DNA of 64,000 nt, taken from contig OX638161.1 of NCBI GenBank assembly GCA_951804945.1, forward strand, positions 27,900,001-27,964,000. Direction: 5' to 3'. The notes beneath the pieces are model-generated. The model was not told the DNA's origin. It saw only the letters and a program-made list of their open reading frames with translations, and did not search any database. The stretch comes from Podarcis cretensis (Eukaryota). Below are positions 50,680 to 64,000 of this stretch, piece after piece (position 1 is the first letter of the stretch; each line of letters opens with the position of its first letter). The translations under genes were made by a program, and so were the position numbers.

Positions 50680-52395
50680 TTGCAAGAGAGCTCAGCTGCA
50701 GGAAGGAAGGAGTTAAACTGTACCTGACTTGTCCCCCCCCCCTTCCATGTTCCTTTGCACACTAGGGCTCTTCCCAACACCCCTGCTTCCACACAAATGG
50801 GATCCCCCCCCCAAAAAAAAATGCCAAAACAATGCTTGAAATATTTGCTTATCCAGATGAGCAGGGACAGGCAAAGCTCCTCTAAAATTTAGGTGTGTAA
50901 ACTGAAAGTCACTTTTTTAAAACAAACAAGCCCCCCCCCCCCCGCTCCCCCAAACACCCTTGTGATGATTCAAATTCTCATGGAATGCAAAGCTTCTATG
51001 AAATTTGGAAGTTGCATTTTCTGAAAATAAACAACTTGACAATAGAAACCCTCATTGAGGCAGTGGGGGTTGGGGAAGCGTAACTACAGTATGCAATTTG
51101 GTTTGGGGTGGGAAATCCAAATGCTGAACATACCAAATCAACACCGGGGGAAATCCACTTGCAGGTTTCTCTTGCGGGAGCCTCCCTGAAAGGGAGACAC
51201 CATCTGTCCTGGCTCCCATCTCATCACCCTTAATGTCACCCCAAACCCACTGCAGCCGTCTCGCTTCACAGACAGCAGCCACGACGTGGAGCAATGTGGG
51301 TTGAACGCTATGTGGCAGTAGAAACAAAATACACCACTGGTGTATACCTTTCACCTTCACAAAAAACCTTTTCAAGCCAAATGTTTGCTATCGCTAATTT
51401 TCAGCTCAACAACTGTGTGGACCTGTGGCACAGCCATTCCCAGAATTCCCTGGGAAGAGGTACTGATTGTAAAACCACTTTGGGAACTGTAGTTCCATGA
51501 GGGGAACAGGGGCTTCCTAACAACTGCCAGCACCTTTAACGAACTACAGCTCCCAGAATGCTTTGGGGGAAGGTGGTGACATAGTGGTGTAAAGCCGTTT
51601 AGCGGAGAAGCTAAGAGACTGAGCAACAAGTCCTTGGGTTCAAATCTCACCACACGCTCTCTCTCTTTCAGACTCAGTCCACTGCCGCCTGCAATATAGG
51701 TGACAATGCTACTAACCTACCTTATAGGTAAAGATTACAACTGCATAATGTAGGCGAAGAAGCACTTTGCACACTTGAAAGTGCTAATCAGAAATGGTGC
51801 GTTATTTATTAGCAACACTGATAAAATAGTTGCATGGTAAGGGCTGTGATTGCTTTTAATTTTTTGGTTTCCCATTCACTCCAACTAAAATCTCCAATGT
51901 AAATATTGGGCATGGAAGCCCCAGTCCAAATTATGACTGCAGTGGGGACAAAGGTTTTTTTTTAAAAAAAAAAAACACACGACAACATTGCCCCCATGTC
52001 ACGGTACCAATTTACACCTACGATTTGCTTTTAGGCAGTTTTAGGCAGTTGCCACTCATACAATTAGCAATTGTGCGAATGGCTTTCTTTATAAATGGAT
52101 TCTTTATGCCCTTTGTGAAAGTCTGCCTCCCAGACAGCTAGGCCCAATCATCCGCATCAATTGCTACTTCCCTGCTTACTTGTGAGTAAGTGCTGTCTAG
52201 GACTGTCATTTCAGTTTTCGTCGTTGTTGTTTTTTTAAAAAAGAGATTTAATACAGCAACTAATTCCAATAACATCAAAAGCGGGCCACTTCCCAAAACA
52301 CAAGAGATGCAAATCATTTCCTATAAAAGCACACAGAATTCCTACTGTGCCAAATAACCAGAGGGTTTCAAACTGGAGAAAAAAGACAAACAGAT

Positions 52396-52434
<39 letters not shown>

Positions 52435-55400
52435 TATAAATATATGTACAAACACTCGTATATAATCCAGTTCACAGAGCATGTCACATAACCGACGCCT
52501 GCAGATTTAGTGTCTGGAATGATGGCCAACGCTCTTGCAGATCTGAAGGTCAGCGTGACTTCCAAGATTCTCCCGCACAGCACACAAACACCGGCTATCA
52601 CTAGAATCGAAGCCATTAAAATGCTGTGTGGTCAAAATACATAATTTCAGAGATTACATACACACACACACAGTCCGATTCTATACTTCATCCGCACAGC
52701 AGCATGCAAGTTATTGAGTAGGGAACATCAACTGGGGTACTCCAGGGTCAAATACTGCAACCTTAAAAGCATGGGAACAGAGGAAGCTGTTTTATACTGA
52801 GTCAGACTGCTGGGTCTATCTAGCTCAGTATTGTCTGCTCTGACTTAACAGTGGCTCTCTAACACTGTAGGCAGGGAATTTTCCCCAGCCCTACCTAGGG
52901 GTACTGGGGGGAAATGAACCAGGGACATTCTGCATGCAAAGCAAATGGTTTACCACTGAGCCACCTCCTGCACACACACCCCAAGCAGTTGCCAACTATG
53001 TTAAAAATTCAAATATACAGTATAATCTAATCGCTAAAAGGCGCCTTAAACCTAGGTTACGGTCGCCACAATGGAATGTCTAGGTGCATTTCTTTTCCAA
53101 TGAAGTTCGCTATTAGTATTATTTTTATTCACTTCATTCCTATACCGCTTTATATTTTAAAGAACAAAATTCAAAGCAGTTTGCAACACATTAAAACTTC
53201 AAATGAAAGAATCCAGAATAAAAAGAATTTCAAGTTCCAAGGAAAATATTTCAGATCCTTCTCTAAGTGACATTCTGCTTTCCCTAGTTGCCAACCAGGC
53301 ATCCAGAGATCTCCCATGTGGTCACATTTGGGTCCGCGCCCAGTCGCAAAAAACGCACCTGGAGCCTGGCTAATTTCTAACACTGACTGTGAACCTGGAG
53401 GCAAAAGGAAGCATGCTGGATGACTGGTGCATGTGGCAACGGACCTTCCTGGTGGTTTGTTTTGCAAGATGGTGGGGCAGGAGGTTCATAGTGTTTCTTC
53501 TGTAAAAATTAGGTGATGACCAAGACCACTTACTGAACACCTCTAGCATTTGCAAGATAACCTTTTGTGGATCTGTTCGGGACAAGTAGAAACCTGGATG
53601 AGCCCTAAATTAGGTTATTTAATTTCAATGGGTCTACTCAAGAGTAAAACCAAATAGCTGATTCCTTCAGGGTCAGTGCAACCCTATTGAAAACTGGTTG
53701 CAAACCTTGGTTTGCATTAGTGGTCTTCCCATCCAATGGTACTTCCATCTTATCTGGATTAAGTTTCAAGATATTTGTCCTACCATCCCACCCCAACTCT
53801 ACCTCCTTGGGATTAGCAAATGGAAAGGAGTTGAGTGTTCTCTGCACGCTGGTGGTGACAGCTCATCTCAAACCACTGGATGACTTCTTCTAGAGATTTC
53901 ACATAGATGTTTCAGAACGCATGAGGGGAAGGCTGGAACCCTGAGGCAGCCACCCCAACAGCCATGGGGTGCAACATCATCTTTCAGATCCAGCCCTCCA
54001 GAAAGGTCAGAGGCACTGTAGCACCATGCCTTCTAGGAGCATCGGAAGCTACCTTGCACAGAGTCAGGTCACTGGTCCATCTAGCTCAGCATCACCCACA
54101 CTGACCAATAGCAGCTCATGAAGGTTTTAGACAATGGACATTCCTAGATCAAGGAGCAGGAGGAGCAGATCCTCTGCGACAGAGCTATGGTCCTCCCTCA
54201 AACATAGAGGGATACTACAGCTCCTCCTCATGTTACTCCATGAGCACAGTCTAGATACCATGATTCATAGCATCAGAAGAGGGGCATGCCAGGGCAGGGG
54301 AGAGAACCCTAATATAATAAATATTGCACCTGCGCGGAAAATTACTGGATAGCACATCCTCATCAGACCGCGGCAACCACCGGCTGCTAAAGGGTTATGG
54401 GGCTAGGCCACCGTCACTGGAGCACAGGAAGGAAGAATCAGCGAGAGCGGTTCTGTCAGGAGTCGTTCTGGCACGTAGACAAAACTGTGCTTCGTTTCTC
54501 AGGTTCCAGATTCTCTAGGTCTCAGTTCTGCCTGCACATCATCCTCGCCTCTGCCAAGAAAGCTGGCCTTCTTCTTAACCCAAGATTCATGAGAGGTTAT
54601 TCTGGCTCCTTGGCAGAGAAGGGAAAGTGCTCTGCCCATGTTCAGAGGCTCCCTTTTTCCTTCTTCTTAGGGAGAAGGGAAGCACATCTCGGCAACACCC
54701 TTTGCAAGTAGGTTCCAGGGCTTTTAGCCTTGGCCAGGCTCCAAGTTCAAATTAAGCCCCGAACGAAACAGAAAATTTGTCACTGCAGGAGATAAACTGG
54801 CTCCCCTTTTCCAGCCGTTTAAACAACCCTCTTAACATGCAACCGCCTGGCTGGCTCCCAGTTCCCACCATCCCTGCACCCAGCAAGGATTTTTCCTGCT
54901 GACTCAGGACTTCTGCAGCTGCAAAACAAGCCACGGCCGAAGTCCAGGGCTGAGAGGGAGCCAAGCTGCACCTGGAAACAAAGTGGTGGCCTAAGGAGGG
55001 TGTGTGTGTGTAGCAAGGGAACCCTGCTGCGATATTGTAGTGTGGCATAACACACACACAGAGACACACACAAGGGAGCAAAGAAGCAACTTGGGATAGA
55101 TGCGTGGGGGTGTTTGCATGCTGCAATAAGAAGAATCCATGTGCCTATAATAAATCTCGGAGATTATAAACAGCAGTGCAAGGGAGGAGGTTGGGGTTGG
55201 TTATAAGGTTGTAGCTGAAATTTACTGGCAGCAATGAGATAAGTGGGGAGGACCGAGACTAACGGGATAATAAGCAAATGGGTTCCTTCCCTCTGCCACA
55301 GCATGTGGGGGAAGGCAAGGGAAATAATTTCTATACACCACCAGTTAGTATCTCCTCTTCCGGTTTGCAGAGAATCTCAGGCTCCTCTCTGAGAAAGTAA

Positions 55401-56072
55401 GTTTCTAGACCTCAAGGTTGGGCAAGCAAACTTTTGAGTGTGCATCGTCAATGCCCAGCAGAATATTTGAAACCAGATGAGGTGCAAAAGCAGGATTTAT
55501 TTATTTTAAGCAGGCAAATCACTCATTCCCTAAAATGAATAGGATTTGTTAATGCTCACACCTCAACTCCCACATCATGTTGTAAGGCATTGCACAGCCA
55601 TTCATTATGTTTAAGGCTGTCAACAATGGGATACGCCATCAGTTCTTTCTGGGATCTGGCTTGAAGATTACTGTTATTATTGATTAAATTTCTATCCGAA
55701 GATCACAGGGCGGCTTACAATATAAAAACCACAAAAATACATATTAAAATAACAAACAAAAATGATACACACACACACACACCTCTCTCACAGTTTAAAA
55801 GGCCAAAGATGGTTTAATTAGCCAAAGGCCTGGAAGAAGAGGAATGTTTTTGCCTGGTGCCTAAAGACATGTAACGAAGGCACCAGGCGAGCCTCCCTGG
55901 GGAAAGCATTCTTCAAGTGGGGAGCCACCACAGAAAAGGCCTGCTTTTGTGTTGCTGCTCTCCAGACCTCTCCTGCAGGAGACACACAAAGAAGGACCTC
56001 AGATGGTGATTGCAAGATCCAGGTTGGTTCATATGGAGAGTGGCGGTCCTTGATCTTCTGCACTAGTCAATT

Positions 56073-56133
<61 letters not shown>

Positions 56134-57667
56134 AAATCCCTGTGCACAACCTGCTGTTCACAATCAAATTCCTTCCATCTCAAAACTAGATTATTTTAAT
56201 TTAAAAAAGTCAACTCCACTTCACAAAATACACATTTAAAATAATGGCTCTTGCATATCAGCATGAATATCCACCCAAATAAATAAATAAATCATAAGCC
56301 AATTAAGTCTCAAATCCTATTGACATATTACTGAGGACTAAGCTCCACTAAATACGGTGGGTCTTACTTCCAAGTAAACATGCATAAGATTTCTCTGGAA
56401 GTCCTGAAGAATATGAGCAATTTCCAAAAGCCTTGGTCAGGATACCATTTATCTAATCCCATGCATAAAAAATAATCAAACCCAGGCTTTCATTCAAAGG
56501 TTTTGTTTCACCATGAGGGCTAGAAGCTTTCAGTCTTCTTCTTTTTTAAAAAAAAAAGTCAAAAGATGTGCAATGAACACACAGGAAACTCTTAGGCTTC
56601 ACATTCTGCGGCCCAAATGGAGAAGAGACATGAAACCATCACAAACCACCATGCCAAAGGCCGCGTTTGTGAAGCTTAACGCAATGGCCACTTCCTGCAC
56701 CAGCCATTTCCACAACCTGTCAGCTTAGTGGCCTAAAGTGGATCAGGCAGGTAAGATGCTTTAGAGGAAGCTCGCTCACTTCAGTAATTAGCACTAAGCA
56801 GACCAAACGGAGAGCCAAAGGAACAGGTACAAGGTACAGGATGACTAGTCGGCCAGAAGCACTCCCTGGGAAGATTTAGGGCAGCCTTCTCCTATGTGGT
56901 GCCTTCCAGATGTTTTTGCACTACAACAGCTGTGCTGTCTGGGGCTAATGGGAGTTAATAGTCCCAGACATCTGGAGGGCTCCAGGTTGAAGAAGGCTGA
57001 TTTAAGAGTTCTCCAAGCAGGTAAGAAACCGAACACAACTCATCACTACAATGCTGCGATTGTTGACAGGAGGCTTCCAAGACTCAAAAGCTATCTATCA
57101 CCAGCCTGCAGTTCACAGAATCAAGCTTCTCAAGAAACTGAATTTTCAGTAGTTCACCTTCCAATGGGATACATGCTATCATCAGCCAGAAATGCCCTTC
57201 TGCATTTGATTTGACATCTTTCTGCACGGCCTGCAAGACGGAGCTGTTCCGACTGGCCTTCAGCTTAGACTCACTCTGACCCTTTATATGGGATTTGGTA
57301 TCTAAATTTTCCCTTGGCTTTTTTGCTAGCCCATGTAGGACCAGCATGGATAGCTGGCTCAGGTGAATATCTGATGTTTCCTCCCTTTATGGTCTTGATT
57401 TATGGGCTACTACTAAAATGAGGCTGCATTTTAAGCCGTATTTTAAGCCGTATTTTAATTAATTGTTTGTTTGTTTACTGTTGGCTTTTTTCTATTATGT
57501 TTTATTGTAATTAATATTTGGTGTTAGCTGCCCTGAGCCCAACCCTAGCCAGGGAGGGCGGGGTATAAATAAGATATTATTATTATTTGCCAGAACAAAT
57601 AGGCCAGTCCTTGTGAAAAAGAATCAATGGACACAAACCTGAAAACAGAAATGGCAATACTATAAAC

Positions 57668-58200
57668 CAGTGGTTTTCAACCAGTGTGCTATGGCACCCT
57701 GGGGTGCCTTGAATGATGGTCAGGGGTGGCATGGGTAACACTGGTCTCTGTCCCTCTTTCCTTCCCTCCCTCCTCTGATGCCCTCTTGCGTCTCTGCCTC
57801 CCAAAGGTTTGCACAGCTGTTTGTTGCAGCAGCCCCAGCTACAAGCTCCCCAGGTGAATGGTGTCTCTGGGGCCAGCCAAGGGTTGTTTCCCAGGCTCCT
57901 GTGGGGCAGTGTGAGGAGGTACCTCTCTTTGGGGTTGGGGTGGGGGGCGGCTCAGGGACCAGGGGTGGTAGCAGTGGCTGCCCAGAGGAGAGGAGAGGAG
58001 AGGAGAGGAGAGGAGAGGAGAGGAGAGGAGAGGAGGCTGAGGGGACACTCCACAAGGAAGGGTGTTCAAAAAGGGTTGAGAGGCTACCAGCTCTGCAGGC
58101 AAGGGGTGACATATCTGGGCTCCTTAGCCCCACAGAGGTGCCGCAGAAAGAATATAGTTGGTCAATGGAGCCATGGATCCAAAAAGATTGAAAACCTCTG
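57668..58200. mobile_element. Non-autonomous hAT (Charlie-like) element
   Basis: CAGTGGTTTTCAA ... TTGAAAACCTCTG with perfect 8-bp TSD CTATAAAC; carries (GAGGA)n. Confidence 0.85.
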
Positions 58201-58549
58201 CTATAAACAGAAATTTGGCAGGAGACATTTCAAGCTACCAGGCCACCCTCTTACTAATCTTAAACGTGGTCGTCCTTGAACAATGGAACTTGAAAGCAAA
58301 GTCCCAATGCTTACAGTTAATCAAGGAATTAAATTCCATTCATTTGGTTCTGAATAGAGACAAAAGATATTAATTTCTAAGTTGATTATGTTATTACCTA
58401 TCATTGCTGTTCTGAAGGGTCACTGTGCTTTCTTTTTCATGCATTCAAGTTCTAATTGCGTGTGCTTTTTGCGTTTCATTTCCCTCTCAACTAACTACTT
58501 ACAAACCCGCCCACTCATATGGAAATATAGCTTGCAACTGAGAAGGACA

Positions 58550-58685
58550 CTTTGTGTATCTGATGAAGTGTGCTTTATTTCACAAAAGCTTGTGCCGTAA
58601 TAATTGTGTTATAGTCTTTAAGATGCTACAAGATTCTTTGTTGCTTTGGCTGCAACACAGGCCAACATGGCTAACACTCTGAATA
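58550..58685 (+). mobile_element. Penelope-like element terminal fragment with decayed hammerhead motif
   Basis: CTGATGAAGTG..CAC(G>A)AAAGCTT followed by GTCTTTAAGATGCTACAAGA..AACATGGCTA, resembling reptile Penelope terminal repeats as I recall them. Confidence 0.6.
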
Positions 58686-59154
58686 TTTCAACCGTGTGTA
58701 TCGCCCTTTTTGCAAACATAGGTTTTTTAAACACATCAGGTTTGCATCCAACCTTAGTCATGCTTAGAGTGCATCTGCTGAAATCAGGACATGACTAATT
58801 TAAGTTCGGTTAAATTCAGTGGGTCTATTCTGAGAACTTAGGCCTTGTCCACACTTCCAGGAGCTGTGTCTATACATGCAGCACAAATGGATTTCCAGGT
58901 CCATGTCTGAGTGGGTTTTTTAAAAATTATGATTCTATCACTTTTCCCAGGAAAACCAGCATTTTATCACTGGATCGGAGCAAACTGCAACCAGGTTTTT
59001 CGTGGATTGCGGTTGGTTCCGATTCAGTGGTAAAGTGCAGATTTTCCCTGGGACAGTGGCAGAAGGAAAAAAGAATCGCTTGTACATGGACTTGGAAATC
59101 CCGCGCCTGTGCCTAGGAAGCTCCAGTGTGGATGGATACAGTTCCTGTGGACAA

Positions 59155-59396
59155 TAGTGATACCTTGGTTCTCGAAAGGCTTAGTTGTTGAACAAACCGG
59201 CTCCCAAACGCCTCAAACCCAGAAGTAAGTGTTCCGGTCTGTGAACGTTTTTCAGAAGCCAAACGTCCGATGCAGCTTCTGCTTCAGTGCAGGAAGCTCC
59301 TGCAGCCAATCGGAAGCCGTGCCTTGGTTTTCGAACCGTTTCAGGAGTCGAACAGACTCCAGATATGGATTAAGTTCGAGAACCAAGGTACCACTG
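59155..59396. mobile_element. Tigger-like MITE related to family C
   Basis: Degenerate left TIR (TAGTGATACCTTGG), right TIR CCAAGGTACCACTG|TA; shares CCTGCAGCCAATCGGAAG with the 46761 copy. Confidence 0.75.
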
Positions 59397-60625
59397 TACC
59401 TACAGAAATGGAACGATGCCAGAGAGGTATAGTGTTTAATAAGATTTCCAGGTCATAGTTTCAGTGCCCTTCCCAGGACTCACAAAAACAAAACACTGAT
59501 ATGCAAAAACGAGAAATTTATCCAATCTGCATGACATATATGTAGTATATACATTTAAAGATGTGTCGTGCCACTTTAAGCAATCATGGCTCCCTTCAAA
59601 AATAGCCGGGGGCTGCAGTTTCTTAAGGGTGCTCCCATTCCTCTCACAAACCTACAGTTCCCAGAGTTTCCATGGAAGAGGAATTGACTGTGAAACGACT
59701 CTGGAAATTGTAGCTCTGTGAGGGGAATGGGAGCACCCTTGACAAACTGAAGTTCCCAGGATGCTTTGGGGGAAGCCACCATTGCTTAAAGTAGTATGAC
59801 ACTGCTTTAAATGTATAGTGCAGAAGGGGCCTTAATTCCCCAGGCGGCTTTTTAGACTGCCCCCTCCGTTCCAAAAACAAAGCTGAGAAACTAAGGGGCA
59901 TTGGGAGGGGAGACTCAGAAGAGAGAAGACAAACTCTAGAAAAGCAGCTGCAACTCGCGTGGCATCCTCAAGACTAAGGCCATTTGCACACGAGACGGCA
60001 ACAAACAAAACAGAAAAAATGACAGATGTTGCAAAAGGAATCAAATTGTCCACTCCCGCTGCACCGCAACGTAAGCCCAAACCAATTTAAACCTTGTGTG
60101 CAAAAACCCCACTCACTGACTGCAGCACAAGCCTTAATAGGGAAAAGTCCACACCACTGTATATTAATATGGAAAAGGGTCTCAGGTGCCAAACCCACCA
60201 GGGCAGGCTAAAGGAACCAGATATATTCATGGCATAAAGGGCCAAGGAGAGGGGGATACAGATGATGGCATTCAAATATTTTAAAAGCACACCAGGGGGA
60301 AAAAAGACTAGTTGCAGTTTTCGGTAAGAAGACACGTGTTTAATTTTTTTAAAAAACAACAACTCAGGGGGGAAAAACGTTCTTCCCTGGCCTGCTAATG
60401 TCTCACCTGGAGTAACTGCTGCAATCTCCTCTCCTCCTTCTACTGTATCACTTTGGACCAGGCACCTCTCTCGATCCATCACTCTGATGCCCAAATCATT
60501 CATCTCTCTCGTTGCTCTGATAACATGATGCCCCTCCTCACATCCCTACACAGGCTTCCTGTCTGCTCCCATGGGAACACAGGAAGCTGATTTACAGGAT
60601 ATCAGAGTGTCCGTCCAACCCAGTA

Positions 60626-60851
60626 CAGTAGTACCTCGGGTTACAAACACTTTGGGTTACAGACTCCGCTAACCCAGAAGTAGTACCTCAGGTTAAGAAC
60701 TTCACCTCAGGATGAGAACAGAAATCGCACGCCAGCGGCACAGCGGCAGCAGGAGGCCCCATTAGCTAAAGTGGTACCTCAGGTTAAGAATGGTTTCAGG
60801 TTAAGAACGCACCTCCGGAACGAATTAAGTTTGTAACCAGAGGTACCACTG
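60626..60851. mobile_element. Tigger-like MITE family A
   Basis: TA|CAGTAGTACCTCGGG ... GAGGTACCACTG|TA. Confidence 0.85.
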
Positions 60852-63800
60852 TACAATTTATGCTCATTGGCAGCAGCTTTCCAGGCGTGTTTCATGAATC
60901 AACTGCTGCAAAAAAATTAAAATAAATTGACCGGGTGCTGCATGCAAACCACACAATGTCACTGAATTATGATCCCTCGCCCGGATCCAGCACAAGATTC
61001 TTGGCCCCAACTTCAAAGTCTTCAACGGCCTCCCCCACACCAATATCTCCCCATTCTTATACCCTGATGTGTCTCTGTCCATGACCATTGCACCTCCAGC
61101 TCCATCATCCTTAGTCATCTGAAGGTCTCCTTATGCTTATTGTTGTCTCCTTGCTCAAGCATAGAACTGCCTCCTTGGGCTCCTCTATGGCATCTCCTTC
61201 TTACCTTGAACAGACCTCTCTGTGGGCAAGGGGCAATTCCCAGAACTACCTGGAGATGCCAGGGATCAAATCTGGGAGCTCCTGCATGCAAAGCAGATGC
61301 TCAGCCACGAAGCAATGGCCCTCAAAACCCACTTCTCTTGTGAAGGCCTTGGCAGAACCCCAAAGCTTCTATATCCTTCTGCAACTAGTCCTATGTATAG
61401 GTACCTGAAGTTCTCGCACATCCTCCCCCTCTTTCCTTTCTCCTGTGTCATATTTTAAATTGTAAGCTCCTTGGGGGCAAGGTTCAGTTGACTTGCACTC
61501 TCTGAAAAGCACTGTGTGCACTGATGTTGCTGTAGGGTTATAATAAATTACAGGGAGGTAGTTATGGGTTGGGCATTAGGGAAGAACATTCCACCTTTCA
61601 GAGAAGTCCAGCCCTAGGACAAGCAATGTTGAGGAGGAAGGTCAGAGGTGGGGAACGAGTGGCTCTCCAGATGTTGCAGGACCACAACATCACCAGCCAC
61701 TGACCATGCTGTCTGGAGTGATGGGAGTTCTGCAACATCTGGAGGGCCACAGATTACACATCCCTACAAATAGCAAGAAGCACCTCTTTCCGCAGGTGGT
61801 TTTCCAAGCCAGGGCTGCTATCTGCTGGAGATGGTTCAGGGTGTGGAGGGCTTAGGGGAAAGGGATCTGATGAGATCCCTTCCGACTGGAGTGGTTCTGT
61901 AAGCTTCTTTACTCAACTGGGGAACCACCACTTCTCTTCCCAATCCCACCCCCAGACTGCAGCATGATCAAAGCTGCCAACCAGCACCCATCTGGCAAGC
62001 AGACAGACAGAAGAAGAGGGGGGATGGAGCTACAGGGAATGGCGTTAAGTGACCTGCGTGAGGATTCAGCCCTGCTTAGGTTTAATCCAGAGAACACTTT
62101 GCAGAGGGTAGGGACAACGCAAGCTGATTAACAAAAAAACAAACAAAAAAATCAAAAAATCAGCAACATCTGGCAAGAGGGAGGATGAGTGACAGGATTG
62201 GGGGGGAAGGCTAGGCGTAAGTGTTTGCATGATCTTGCAGATGTGTCGGTGGGAGGGAACATTTGCACGCATGGGTGCGGTTGCAATGCTAGAGACTCTC
62301 ATTTGCTCTCTCTTTTTTAAAAAAGTTTTCACCCTACCTTGCAGTCCAAAAACAGGCCCTCAAGTAGGCAAAAGCTAACACACAGTATTGACTATAAATA
62401 CAACAATGTACAGGAAAATAGAGAAGATTAAACCGCAAGAGCATCCACCTTTCTTTAAAAAAAAAATCAGATAAGGGCTATGAAGACCACAGGGTGTTTT
62501 CCACCACCCTTTTAAATATCACCCTCTCCTTGGGATGCAAATTCCACAAGGATAAGCCCCCGCACTAAGGTGACCCAACTCCCTGTGGCCCCTCATATAA
62601 AGGCAGGACCTTTAGACTTTCAAGCAGGATTTCAAACTATTTCCCATCAGGCAGATCCACTTTTAAACCCTTTTAGAATCTCTCTGACACTCTCCTGCAT
62701 CTGCGGGTTGCAGGGGAAGATGATAATAAAAATACAGTATGTCTTTCCAGGAAGCTCGTCTGCCATGACAAGAGAGCAAGTATGGGACTGTGGTCAGAGT
62801 GTTGGACCTGGGCGACAAGGGTTCAAACCCAACTCAGTCATGAAGCTCACTGGGTGATCTTCAGCCAGTCTCAGCGTAACCAACCTCACAGGGCTGTTGT
62901 GAGGACATCAGGGCAAAAATGCATTTGTTGCCTTGAGCAACTTGAAGGACAGGTGGGATTTAAAATGCAGTTAACAAAATGTGAACACGAATGACTGATG
63001 TTTCCAAATCAGAGTTCCTGGTAAGGTTCCGAGGAACCATGGCTTCCACAACATAGTCCACTTTTTAACACCATTGCCTTAGGATTCCACACAAACAAGG
63101 CATTCCTGAATGTACCCCGGCTGCCCGATAGCTGAGGGCTTTAAAGGTTAAAACCAGCAGGCTGAATTTGCGCCTGGAAGCTCACTTCACTGCAAGCTAA
63201 GCGTACCACTTTAAGCACATGCAATATATGCTCTCTGCAGCCAACTCCAGTTAGCAATCCAGCCGTCATCTACTGGACCGGCTGAAGTTTCCAAAAAAAT
63301 TCTTCAAAGGCACCTCACGCAAAGCGATGTTACGGTAATCTGATCTAGATGTTATCAAGGAATGTGCCACAGTGGCCAAGTCTTAGCGCATGCCGAAAGC
63401 GCATGGCAACGACACGTTTGCTAACACGGGCAGTTATGTGCTGGCAACATGCATGGCTCCTTCTACAAGTGGAGCCACGATAGCAGGCATGTTTCCGCCC
63501 CAGCCAGCATGTCCACATACACCAAGACCAAGATGGAAGGGCACCCTTGTTAGATTTTTTTTTAAAAAAAACTATTTTGTTCCTGGTGTACTCGAGCAGG
63601 GAATGAAAAAGCAAAATATTAGAAGGCAACTTTTCCTTCTAATTAATGCGTAGTAGCGTTTATCACATTTTATCCCCCAGATTTCTAAGGAAACCCGAGC
63701 AGACGTACTCAATGTCACTTGGAGAGCTTTGTAGCTGAGCAAGGATTTCAGCCTGGGAAGTCCAAAACATTCTTTAACAACTGCACACCCACTTCCTTCA

Positions 63801-64000
63801 ATATGCTCAAAAGGGACAATGAAGTCTTCATTAATGTGCAAATGTGCCTATAATCAACTAAATCATACGAGTGGCGGGCAGCCCTGTTCAGTGGTAGCAC
63901 ATCTGCAGTGCATGAGTAAGGTTCCAAGCTCAATCTCCAACTAGGGCTGGAAAAAAGACCTAACTCTACTCACTTCCAGGTATTTTTCTGCAAGAGTTGT

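Overview
Vertebrate (squamate, most likely lacertid lizard) genomic DNA, not prokaryotic. The only protein-coding sequence I can support is the first coding exon of thyroid hormone receptor alpha (THRA) on the minus strand (CDS 17153->17101, MEQKPSTVECLSEPEDT-R, canonical GTAAG donor; probable acceptor at 17365-17366). Its leader holds three short upstream ORFs, one of which (ATG GAA TTG CGG TGA) sits in frame directly against the main ATG. I found neither the next THRA exon nor an upstream exon or neighbouring gene, so the window is probably almost entirely THRA intron 1 and intron 2. The rest is a dense reptile repeat landscape: BovB, L2, CR1, L1 and Penelope fragments; Sauria SINEs; tRNA-Lys/Ile/Ala-headed SINEs with CR1-type tails; CORE-type SINEs; and many Tc1/mariner (Tigger/Tc2-like), hAT and Harbinger-like MITEs, several nested with intact target-site duplications. 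There are also microsatellites and one 129-N gap with compositionally odd flanks. Nearly all ORFs in the supplied track are spurious or repeat-derived. I see no clearly novel multi-gene system. The best leads are the uORF architecture, candidate intronic alternative promoters of THRA, tRNA-head swapping on a shared SINE tail, and a decayed Penelope hammerhead ribozyme.
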